From NCBI GenBank assembly GCA_003669555.1, contig QWOS01000099.1, forward strand, positions 7,340 through 71,339: 64,000 nt of DNA, given 5' to 3'. The translations under genes and the position numbers were made by a program. The notes under the pieces are model-generated. The model was not told the origin of the DNA and did not search any database. It saw nothing but the letters and a program-made list of their open reading frames with translations. The stretch is from Planctomycetota bacterium. Its GTDB lineage: Bacteria > Planctomycetota > Planctomycetia > Gemmatales > Gemmataceae. The first letter of the stretch is position 1. Each line of letters begins with the position of its first letter. This document shows positions 26,604 through 34,622 of the stretch, piece after piece.

Positions 26604-27314
26604 ATGAAACTCACCACGCAGTATGGATTCGCTTTACTCTTTCTTGCTGCCGCTGGCAGTGTTCTGTTGGCGCAATACCGCCCAGGCATGCAACCAGTTG
26701 GTACTGTTTCACCCCCTTTGCGGCCACCTGTGGTGGTGATTGGCGGTGGCCAGCAGGGCGGCAACCAGTTCGGTGGTGGACAGTTTGGTGGTCAGTTCGG
26801 TGGCGGACAGTTTGGTGGCAACCAGTTCGGTAGCGGACAGTTAGGTGGTCAATTCGGCGGCGGCCAGCAAGGTGGCAACCAGCTCGGCGGCGGACAGCAA
26901 GGTAATAACGGTGGTGGCAGCAATAATCCTTTTGGTGCCTACACGCCTGGCACCACTATCAGGCCTCCCTATGCCGGTGGTCCTTTTAATGTCATTCCCA
27001 TCCCTTCGGGCTACATGCTAGGTGCAATGGGTGGTTCCGCCATGGGCCAGTTTGGTGGCGGGCAGTTTGGGGGTGGGCAGTTTGGTGGTGGACAGTTTGG
27101 CGGTGGACAGTTTGGCGGCGGCCAGTTTGGTGGTGGACAGTTTGGTGGTGGACAGTTTGGCGGCGGCCAGTTTGGTGGTGGCCAGTTTGGTGGTGGGCAG
27201 TTTGGCGGCGGCCAGTTTGGCGGTGGACAGTTTGGTGGTGGCCAGTTTGGTGGCTTTGGCAACGGGTTTGGAGGGGGCAAAGGCTATGGATTCAACGGCG
27301 GGTCCGGCCTCTGA
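26604..27314 (+). CDS. Secreted glycine-rich protein with GQFGG pentapeptide repeats
   Basis: Start at MKLTTQYGFALLFLAAAGSVLLAQ, a signal-peptide-like segment. A degenerate G/Q/N/F block comes first, then 14 perfect GQFGG units. Confidence 0.75.
   Translation: MKLTTQYGFALLFLAAAGSVLLAQYRPGMQPVGTVSPPLRPPVVVIGGGQQGGNQFGGGQFGGQFGGGQFGGNQFGSGQLGGQFGGGQQGGNQLGGGQQGNNGGGSNNPFGAYTPGTTIRPPYAGGPFNVIPIPSGYMLGAMGGSAMGQFGGGQFGGGQFGGGQFGGGQFGGGQFGGGQFGGGQFGGGQFGGGQFGGGQFGGGQFGGGQFGGGQFGGFGNGFGGGKGYGFNGGSGL
27045..27254 (+). repeat. 14 tandem 15-nt units (GGN CAG TTT GGN GGN) encoding (GQFGG)14; a looser related block lies at 26741-26915
   Basis: Counted directly in the sequence. The units differ only at the third positions of Gly codons. 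Confidence 0.95.
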
Positions 27315-27593
27315 CACCCGACTGAATCCCACTGATCTATTTTACTGGCTGGCTCATCGACCCTTTTCCCGGGTCGCTCTGAGCCAGCCAGATGCTTTTC
27401 CAGGGCGATAACAACGGCCAGTTCTGGCTGCATTTACCCTTTTGGAATTGGCTCTCACACTATCCCACCCGAATCATTCATCACTATCCCGGTAAACAAA
27501 GTGAAGATCAACTTGACTCTGGGGCAGGAACCGTCATAATCAATTCAATGATGATCATTACGATCAACTTGATAATTATCCGGAGAAATAGTC

Positions 27594-28586
27594 ATGCCTC
27601 AGGTTTCGGCTCAACCCCTCGCCAGCCGCAGGGGCTTCACCCTGATCGAATTGCTAGTGGTGATTGCCATCATCGCGGTGCTGGTTGGCCTGCTGGTGCC
27701 CGCTGTGCAGAAGGTGCGCGAGGCCGCCAATCGCATGAGTTGCTCGAATAACCTGAAGCAGGTCGGTTTGGCGTTGCACAACTTCCACGGTGCCAACGGT
27801 TACTTTCCATCCAACCTGCGCCCGGTTCAGAATCAGACCGTGCGCATGCGGTGGATCACCTGGATTTTGCCTTACATCGAGCAGGACAGCCTTTTCAAGA
27901 ACTACAACCAGGCTGTGAACTGGTCTGACCCGCTCAACCTGCCAGTTACCAGCATGCGCATCAAATCCCTGGAGTGCCCTTCGGCACCAGCCAGCTCTGT
28001 GCTCGATGGTGCCCCCGATGGTAGTCCGGCCTGGTCCCCAATCGTCGCCAATTCCGACTATGCGGGTATCTATGGCGTCCACCCCAGCCTGGCGACAGCC
28101 GGACTGGTGGATCTTGCCGGAACCACCAGGGGGGCTATCAGCAAGACAATCAATCTGAAAATAGCTGATTTCCAGGACGGCACCTCGAACACCCTCCATG
28201 TCACCGAGTCTTCAGGCCGCCCGAACCTGTTTCGTCTTGGCCGGCTGGTATCACCTGCCACAGCCAGTATCCGTACCAACGGGGGTGGCTGGTGCCGCCC
28301 GGCCAGCGAGATCGCATTTTTGCTGGGCACCGATGCCTCCGGCACGATAGCCCCGGGTCCTTGCGCCCTCAATGTGACCAACGGTATCGACTACATCGCC
28401 GCCGGTGGCCCTGCCTCGACTTTCTATGGCACAGATGGAACCAGCCAGATTTACAGTTTTCATCCGGGCCTGGTGAATGCAACCTTTGGTGATGGCTCGG
28501 TTCGCACGGTTTCTTCTACCATCAGCATTCGCACCCTGGCCCGCATAGTCACCCGGGACGGTGGAGAGGTGGTGGGCAATGACTGA
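27594..28586 (+). CDS. DUF1559 protein with prepilin-type N-terminal cleavage/methylation motif
   Basis: [54 protein letters not shown], plus a C-terminal H-X9-DG motif ([16 protein letters not shown]). GGAG lies upstream of the ATG. Confidence 0.9.
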   Translation: MPQVSAQPLASRRGFTLIELLVVIAIIAVLVGLLVPAVQKVREAANRMSCSNNLKQVGLALHNFHGANGYFPSNLRPVQNQTVRMRWITWILPYIEQDSLFKNYNQAVNWSDPLNLPVTSMRIKSLECPSAPASSVLDGAPDGSPAWSPIVANSDYAGIYGVHPSLATAGLVDLAGTTRGAISKTINLKIADFQDGTSNTLHVTESSGRPNLFRLGRLVSPATASIRTNGGGWCRPASEIAFLLGTDASGTIAPGPCALNVTNGIDYIAAGGPASTFYGTDGTSQIYSFHPGLVNATFGDGSVRTVSSTISIRTLARIVTRDGGEVVGND

Positions 28587-29007
28587 ATCCCGCCGGGTGG
28601 TTCCGGCTTGGCTTGGGGGCATGCTTTGCTTGTTCGTGGGCTGCTCGGCTGGCGAGACACGCCAGCCGACCCAGCCAGCCTCCGGCACCGTGCGTTTCCT
28701 GGGCAAGGCCGTCCCCGGGGCTACCCTGGTGTTTCATCCCAATGCCCCCTGGGGAAAGGACGAACCCAGGCCCCGCGCCACGGTGAAGCCGGATGGGAGC
28801 TTTGAGGTGACTACATACGAGGGAGCCGACGGGGCCCCTGTGGGGAGTTACTCGGTCACGGTGGAGTGGTATGTGCCCAACAAACCTGACGATGGCCAGG
28901 TAACCAACCGGATCCCCGCCAGGTATGGCAAGGCAACTTCCACCCCACTGAAGGCGACCATCACCCCGGGTGCCAATCAACTGGCCGCCTTCGAGTTGCA
29001 GAAATAG
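28579..29007 (+). CDS. Small lipoprotein (carboxypeptidase-regulatory-like beta-sandwich) commonly paired with DUF1559 genes
   Basis: Lipobox [24 protein letters not shown]...[12 protein letters not shown]... The start overlaps the DUF1559 stop (ATGACTGA). Confidence 0.65.
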   Translation: MTESRRVVPAWLGGMLCLFVGCSAGETRQPTQPASGTVRFLGKAVPGATLVFHPNAPWGKDEPRPRATVKPDGSFEVTTYEGADGAPVGSYSVTVEWYVPNKPDDGQVTNRIPARYGKATSTPLKATITPGANQLAAFELQK

Positions 29008-29040
29008 CGGCCCCGGTGAAGGGCGATGCCCGGGCGATCA

Positions 29041-30000
29041 TCAAGGCCAGATGATGCGCCCGTCATCTTTCACCCGTACCGAGTAGAGCACGCCCCCTCC
29101 TGTAACCAGAAGGGTCTTTTTGTCGGTGCCAGCGAAAGCGCAGTTGGTCACCTCATCGGTGGGAATAGCCAGGAAATCGAGTTGCTTGCCCGTTTCAGGA
29201 TCGACCACATAAATCCCGGCCGGAATATCCCTGGCGGTTTCCCCGGGAGGGTTGATCCCATTCCGTCCAGCGGCGACAAAGAGCCGTCCCCTGGAATCCT
29301 GCTTCAGGCCATCCGGGCCGCGACCAGTGAACCAGTCTTTCAGCACTTTGCCGCTATCAGGTCGAACCTTGCCAGCGGCGGTCAGTTCAAAGCGCCAGAG
29401 CTTGCGAGCACCGCCCGCAGTGTTGTTATTGTTGTCAGCGACAAAAAGGTAACGATCATCGGCTGAGACCAGCACGCCGTTGGCCCGCTCCACCTCGCGG
29501 CCCAAAACCCGCTCCAGCGTGCCATCGGGATCAATCCGGTAAACCCCTTCGATGGTTTTCCCGTCGGCATCGAGCAACTGCATGTCGTCGCGCGGGCCGT
29601 AGCGAGGGTCTGAAAAATAGAGACGGTTTCTGGAATCCAGCGAAAGGTCGTTAGGCTGGTTGAACTTTTTGCCGCCAAAGCTGTCGGCCAGCACGGTTTC
29701 CCGCCCATCCGCGCCAAATCGCACGACACGCCGTTTGCCAGGCTGGCAGGCGAGGAGACTACCCTGACGGTCGAACAAGAGACCGTTCGTGCCGGCATTC
29801 GCCGCAAAAATACCGGGGGTCCCATCCAGGTCCAGCCGTGTGATACCCCCTTGGCCGCTGGCAAAAATACCCTTTTGGGGATGCCAGGCAGGGCCCTCGC
29901 CACCATGACCGTCCCGGGCCAGTATTCGCAGAGTGCCCGCCTCAAACAAACCCTGATCGGGCAACAGGGCCACCAACAGGAAAAACAACATGGGATTCAC
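29041..30000 (-). CDS. SMP-30/gluconolactonase/LRE-family protein
   Basis: N-terminal signal-like segment. GEGPAWHP, NGLLFDRQGSLLAC, FNQPNDLSLDSRNRLYFSDP and PDGLKQDSRGRLFVA are six-blade propeller lactonase motifs. Confidence 0.85.
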   Translation of the reverse strand: MNPMLFFLLVALLPDQGLFEAGTLRILARDGHGGEGPAWHPQKGIFASGQGGITRLDLDGTPGIFAANAGTNGLLFDRQGSLLACQPGKRRVVRFGADGRETVLADSFGGKKFNQPNDLSLDSRNRLYFSDPRYGPRDDMQLLDADGKTIEGVYRIDPDGTLERVLGREVERANGVLVSADDRYLFVADNNNNTAGGARKLWRFELTAAGKVRPDSGKVLKDWFTGRGPDGLKQDSRGRLFVAAGRNGINPPGETARDIPAGIYVVDPETGKQLDFLAIPTDEVTNCAFAGTDKKTLLVTGGGVLYSVRVKDDGRIIWP

Positions 30001-30017
30001 CTCGCGGACAGGATGGT

Positions 30018-31163
30018 TCAGGGCTCAAGACCGGCTGGCAGGGCGCCGCCATGGGCCATCAATTCAGACAACAATGGCGGCTTTTTTCCGAACTTGACCT
30101 CGTATTCGGCCAAGGTGGGCACCAGTCGCACTTGCACCTTGCTGGCATGGTGCGTGGCAATATCGGCCAGTTTATGCTGTAAAAACGGGTTGGCAAACCG
30201 GTCGAGCACCTCGCTGGCAAAGTTGGCGGGGTTTTCGCAGCGCCCTTCCAGAACCGGAACGATCTCCTCAAACAGCAGTTTTTCCAGCCAGGCGCGCATC
30301 TCCGGATCCTGCAATGCCTCGCCCACCTGCCGGAAGCCACGAGGCCAGGCCCGCAACAGCAGTGCGGTATGGCCGCCATTGAGGATACGCACCTTGCGCA
30401 GAAAATAGGGCAGCACATCGTCAGTCCAGACAACGGCCGGGTGATCGATCCACTCCTTGCCTCCTACACCGCGCTGGATGGCGAACAGCGCGTAGGGTTC
30501 GCAAACAGTCAGCAGGGGATCAGAGGCCAGTAGCGGGTGCTCGGCCGGGGTGCCGGTGACGATACGATCCACCAGGGTCTCATGCCAGGAGCAGCCATGG
30601 CGGATGTAATGCAACAGTGTCTCGGTTGCGCCAAATTTCTCCGCCAGGTCGCCAACGATTTTCCGCAGGAGTCCCGCATTACCCTCGCGCAGTTCACAAG
30701 GGACAATGCGCAGGCCAGGCAGGCCGGCGGCATGGCGAACCCGTAGCACGGCCAGCAGCTTGGCAGGGAAGGAACGCGGCACCGCATTATCGGGACTTTC
30801 GCCCGCAAATACTTCGTAGCCAGCCTCGGTGGTGTTCGATAGCACTGTGGCCAGATCGGGAGACCGGGCCAGGTCCAGCACCTGAGGCCACTGGGTTTTT
30901 GCCACCAGGGCGCGGCTGACCGACTCACACGGCCGCACGATGTCCATCACCTCGCCTTCCACCAGCCCCCGGATCAACACATGGTACTTCCCAGAGGCAT
31001 TCGCCAAAGCCCCTGCCCTGTCAGCGGCAGTTGACTGCACCACCACCACGCGGCCAACCCGCTGGTTCCGGTTGTTGGCCTGATGGATGAACAGATCGGC
31101 AAAGGCTCGCAGGAAACGGCCGGAGCCGAACTGCAGGATAGTCTCGGGTAATGGGACAGGCAT
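30018..31163 (-). CDS. uxaB: Tagaturonate reductase-like oxidoreductase (mannitol dehydrogenase family)
   Basis: ILQFGSGRFLRAF, SNTTEAGY, IVPCEL, TLVDRIVTG, ILNGGHTAL and RFANPFLQHKL align with conserved UxaB blocks as I recall them. It is shorter than E. coli UxaB at the C-terminus. Confidence 0.65.
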   Translation of the reverse strand: MPVPLPETILQFGSGRFLRAFADLFIHQANNRNQRVGRVVVVQSTAADRAGALANASGKYHVLIRGLVEGEVMDIVRPCESVSRALVAKTQWPQVLDLARSPDLATVLSNTTEAGYEVFAGESPDNAVPRSFPAKLLAVLRVRHAAGLPGLRIVPCELREGNAGLLRKIVGDLAEKFGATETLLHYIRHGCSWHETLVDRIVTGTPAEHPLLASDPLLTVCEPYALFAIQRGVGGKEWIDHPAVVWTDDVLPYFLRKVRILNGGHTALLLRAWPRGFRQVGEALQDPEMRAWLEKLLFEEIVPVLEGRCENPANFASEVLDRFANPFLQHKLADIATHHASKVQVRLVPTLAEYEVKFGKKPPLLSELMAHGGALPAGLEP

Positions 31164-31689
31164 GGAGTACTCCGACAGGCCGAAGAGGGCTTTCCAGACA
31201 AAAAAAATACCCTGACTGCTTCCTGGTTCCAGTCACCTTGTATCTTATGGAAGTCCACAAAAACCGGACTCAGGCTACGCTATCGCTGCGCTCACGCAGC
31301 GCCGCCTGGGCAGGCCAGGTGCCTGCCATCAAACGCCATCCGTCACACCGTGGACCACGGTGAAAAAACAGCTCTGCCTCCATGACAGTCCCTATCACAT
31401 ACCGCAAACCATTGTGCATCCTGATAACCCATGTGCCAAACCTCCGGATCGCTTCCCCACCCCCGGACTGGCCCAGGGAACAAGCATTCTGGAAGTTTCG
31501 ATTCCATGGGAAAACCAGCACCCCCTGGCCGAGGTCTGGAACACTGTGACGATGGAACAAGCGACGGAACCTCCTACTGTTTCACGGCCCCGCCACCCAC
31601 GCAATCCATGCGTGAAGCAACAGGACCGGAGGGGCACGCGGTGCATCATCGGCATGACGGGTCAACCGGGCAAACAGGAAAGAAAAACC

Positions 31690-32613
31690 ATGTCCAGGAT
31701 TTTCATGAGCTACTGGAAACCGGCAACAGCCACTGCCGAGGCCCGGACAAAGCGACTCAGCCATGCCTCCAGCAACCAGTTTGGGCGTGTCGAAGACGGC
31801 GACACGGTCTGGCTGGTGACCGTGCGTTCCGGCTCCCTGGAATTGATCGGCAAAATCGAGGTAGAATCGGTCTACGATCAAGAGGATGCCGCCGAGCGCC
31901 TGGAAATGGCAGCTCATGATTTACGGGACGACAGCCACCACCTCATTGCGACCGACGGCGGCCTCGCCCCAGTCTGGCTGGATATCCACGAGCTGGAACC
32001 CAGGATCCGGTTCATCAGCACCACCGGCAAAGACCGGCTGGATCTCTCTGGCGGCAGGGTTGCCAATCAGCTCCAGACCATGCGGGAGCTGACCCCAGAA
32101 TCGGCGGAAATACTGGAGGAGGCCTTTCAGGCGAACTACCAGGAGCCCTCCGATGAGGATGAGGAAGAGGAAGAAGAACCCGGGGAAATCTGCCCTTTTT
32201 GCGACGCTTTCAACAACTGGGGTGAAATGAACACCTGCGAACACCACATCGGCGTGGTTTTTGATGGTTCCCAACTGGATTCGGATATCGCCAATTCCCT
32301 TCAGATCGTTTTATGTTCCCTGGCGGAAAAAATGGACCAGATTGAGGCCATGGGGAAAAAACAGTTGCTGACAAAATCAGCAGCTGACAAAAAAACCGTG
32401 CGGCTGGTTCTGGAAAATGGCAATAGCGACTTCAACGACATCAACACCCTCACCTCGCTGTTTGACATCCGGGAGGGCGAGATGACCGTACAGGGTGAGG
32501 GAATGCTGGGGGGAAGCGCTTGCAGCCTTTTCTCTGCTGATCCGGGTGAACTGGAATCAATGGCCAAAGACCTTGAGCGGATTGATGCGCTTTTCCCCTC
32601 TGACCCGGCGTGA
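31690..32613 (+). CDS. Hypothetical protein (N-terminal beta-rich domain, acidic linker, CPFC...CEHH motif)
   Basis: The ATG at 31690 is preceded by AGGAAAG. MSRIFMSYWKP...GDTVWLVTVRSGSLELIGKIEV.., DEDEEEEEEPGEICPFCDAFNNWGEMNTCEHH. No family recognised. Confidence 0.55.
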   Translation: MSRIFMSYWKPATATAEARTKRLSHASSNQFGRVEDGDTVWLVTVRSGSLELIGKIEVESVYDQEDAAERLEMAAHDLRDDSHHLIATDGGLAPVWLDIHELEPRIRFISTTGKDRLDLSGGRVANQLQTMRELTPESAEILEEAFQANYQEPSDEDEEEEEEPGEICPFCDAFNNWGEMNTCEHHIGVVFDGSQLDSDIANSLQIVLCSLAEKMDQIEAMGKKQLLTKSAADKKTVRLVLENGNSDFNDINTLTSLFDIREGEMTVQGEGMLGGSACSLFSADPGELESMAKDLERIDALFPSDPA

Positions 32614-32904
32614 AGCCATTTGAAAAAACAACAACTGTTCGCTCTTTTCCCCGGAGGAATCCCTGCCATGCCGGATCGCGCCGTCGGAAGACCTGCCCGC
32701 ATTTTACTGGCACTTTCCTCCTGGTTGTCGCTCCAAAACCAGAGGCACCCCTCAGACTTGTGCTAACGGAATCTCCAGCCTGGCCCCATCCACCTGCGCG
32801 CTGGTAGTATGTGGGCCGCCTGCCTGCCAGCAGGTGGGATTGCGCCACTTCGATTAAATATGTTCACATATCTCTTCTTATCTCCGCTAATAGGGCAATC
32901 GCTC

Positions 32905-34011
32905 ATGCGCCATTGGACCGTTGGTTGGATTTGCACCCTGGTTTTGGGATTTGTGGCCGGCCCGGCCCGGACCATGGAGCCCGACCCCTGCATCCCGCCC
33001 GACACCCTCTTCGCCTTGAAGGTGCGGCCCCGGCAGATTTTGACATCCGCTCTGGTGAAGGATTTGGGATGGGACGAGCTGTTCAAAAACACCTTGGCCA
33101 CCATCGGTCCGGCTCAGGAATTCCTGGATACCGCCGGCCTGCGCATGGACCGCGATCTGGAATCGATCTTGTGGTGCATGCACATCTCACCCCTCGTGGC
33201 TGATCCGGACGCGGTCCCCCTGGCCATTGACCCGGAAACCGGTGAAATCATCCAGCCGGATCGGCCCGCCGGGGAGAAACCCGCCAAACCGTGGCTGGTG
33301 GTTTTGCAGGGCAAATTCAGCCCGAAGAAAATCACCAAGGCGTTAGAGAACCACGGAAAAAATGCGGGTGCCCCCATTCGGAAGCTGAAGGGTGAGGGAA
33401 CCTCTCTCTTGCAGATGGAATCCCCGTTGGGGCCGATTTTTCTGGGCCTTGAAGGTAACGGCAAGATCATCATCTCCAACCAGTTGGAACGGTTGAAGGG
33501 CTGTCTGGCTGGCAAGTTTGACAAACCGTCCAGCGAACGCTTCCTCAACGGCATGGAAGGACTCACCGACAAGGAATCCCTTTGGGTTGTGCAAGCTGTG
33601 GATGGAGATCTGAAAAAGCAAATGGAGGAGGGGGAACCCGCAGACCCTGCTGAGAAGGAAATGAAATCCTTTCAATTTTGCATGACACTTTCCGATGGAA
33701 TTCGCGGCAAATTAACGATTGCCACCACCGCATCCCGACACGCCAGCTCAATCAAAGCTTTACTGGCAACGCGGATGAAGGAAATAGAAGTGGAACTGGC
33801 AAAGATTTTTAAAGATCCGAAGGCACGCTTTCCTGAAGAAGAAGATGACGGTATTGAAAAAGTGGGCGGCTTCGTGGAAGCAGGCATCGCTTACCTGGCG
33901 ATCAAGCAAGGCAAGCTGGAGGTGCAAGGAAACGACATGGTTTTGCTGGTTGGTGCCAACCGCAAATCGCTGGAACCATTGTTTCAGGCATTAGGACTAT
34001 CGGGAAAATAG
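32905..34011 (+). CDS. Hypothetical exported protein
   Basis: Long ORF with a signal-like N-terminus, MRHWTVGWICTLVLGFVAGPA. No family recognised and the start is uncertain (32809-32905). Confidence 0.5.
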   Translation: MRHWTVGWICTLVLGFVAGPARTMEPDPCIPPDTLFALKVRPRQILTSALVKDLGWDELFKNTLATIGPAQEFLDTAGLRMDRDLESILWCMHISPLVADPDAVPLAIDPETGEIIQPDRPAGEKPAKPWLVVLQGKFSPKKITKALENHGKNAGAPIRKLKGEGTSLLQMESPLGPIFLGLEGNGKIIISNQLERLKGCLAGKFDKPSSERFLNGMEGLTDKESLWVVQAVDGDLKKQMEEGEPADPAEKEMKSFQFCMTLSDGIRGKLTIATTASRHASSIKALLATRMKEIEVELAKIFKDPKARFPEEEDDGIEKVGGFVEAGIAYLAIKQGKLEVQGNDMVLLVGANRKSLEPLFQALGLSGK

Positions 34012-34044
34012 TGGACGCTTACACTTACTATCGGAAAACGCACT

Positions 34045-34503
34045 ATGAAGCTGAATCAAAAAGCTAAAGGGTTCTTTGCTCTTGGCTTGCTGCTTGCCAG
34101 CGGCCCCTTGCTGTGGGCCCTGGGATATGAGTTGGGTGAAACCAAAGAGCAACTCAAGCTGAAATACACCATGGAGGTATACGATTGCGGCACCGGCCGT
34201 TCCACCATCACTTTCACGCTGGCTGATGCTGGCCGTATTGCGCCGCTGACCTCGGTGGATTGGCATATTCCCGGCCAGGACAAAACGGGGTACAGCGATT
34301 TGTCCCTGAAACTGGCCCCCCATGAGGCGGAAGGCAAGAAAATCTACACCGTGCACGGCCTGAACGAGTGGATTGGTCGGGGCGAGATTCACCTGAAATC
34401 CAGCACCATGGATGGCAAACGGGGAAACCGGGAATGGTTTTACCACCGGGTGAAGGTGGCTGGATATCTGAAGAAAAAGGATAAACCTTCCCCTGCCCCG
34501 TGA
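34045..34503 (+). CDS. Hypothetical exported protein
   Basis: 152 aa with signal-like FFALGLLLASGPLLWALG. No family recognised. Confidence 0.5.
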   Translation: MKLNQKAKGFFALGLLLASGPLLWALGYELGETKEQLKLKYTMEVYDCGTGRSTITFTLADAGRIAPLTSVDWHIPGQDKTGYSDLSLKLAPHEAEGKKIYTVHGLNEWIGRGEIHLKSSTMDGKRGNREWFYHRVKVAGYLKKKDKPSPAP

Positions 34504-34509
34504 AGCAAC

Positions 34510-34622
34510 CCAACCCAGCCTGCGGCCATATCACCCACGCCTTGCCCGTGCCAAGCCACACCGTGCCGTCAGCGGTCAGTTCAAACCGCCACAGCTTGCG
34601 GGTGTCGCCCACGGTGTCACGG
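34510..34622 (-). pseudogene. Relic fragment of an SMP-30/gluconolactonase paralog
   Basis: The minus-strand frame reads ..DTVGDTRKLWRFELTADGTVWLGTGKAW.., against ..TAGGARKLWRFELTAAGKVRPDSGKVLKDW.. in the intact gene at 29041-30000. The DNA is also similar (gcggtcagttcaaa.cgcca.agcttgcg). It has no start and is truncated by ileS on one side and a plus-strand ORF on the other. Confidence 0.5.

Noticed and set aside
27045-27254. Tandem repeat considered as a CRISPR array or as an FG-nucleoporin analogue
   Set aside because: The units are 15 nt, contiguous, without spacers and inside an ORF, so this is not CRISPR. A nucleoporin-like reading is tempting given claims of pore-like structures in Gemmata. 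However, the protein has an export signal and no anchoring or scaffold domain, so I make no such claim beyond noting the cohesive-repeat composition.
27011-27332. Minus-strand ORFs across the repeat (PPNWPPPNCPPPN... and KLATTKLSTAKL...)
   Set aside because: They are open only because the 15-nt repeat has no stop codon in any frame. The plus-strand frame has a signal peptide, a start context and synonymous-only variation.
31360-31689. 110-codon N-terminal extension of the 31690 ORF, plus overlapping ORFs at 31270-31560, 31395-31655 and 31431-31919
   Set aside because: The extension is Pro/Arg/His-rich and not protein-like. An AGGAAAG Shine-Dalgarno-like element precedes the ATG at 31690, and the competing ORFs overlap one another with no supporting motifs.
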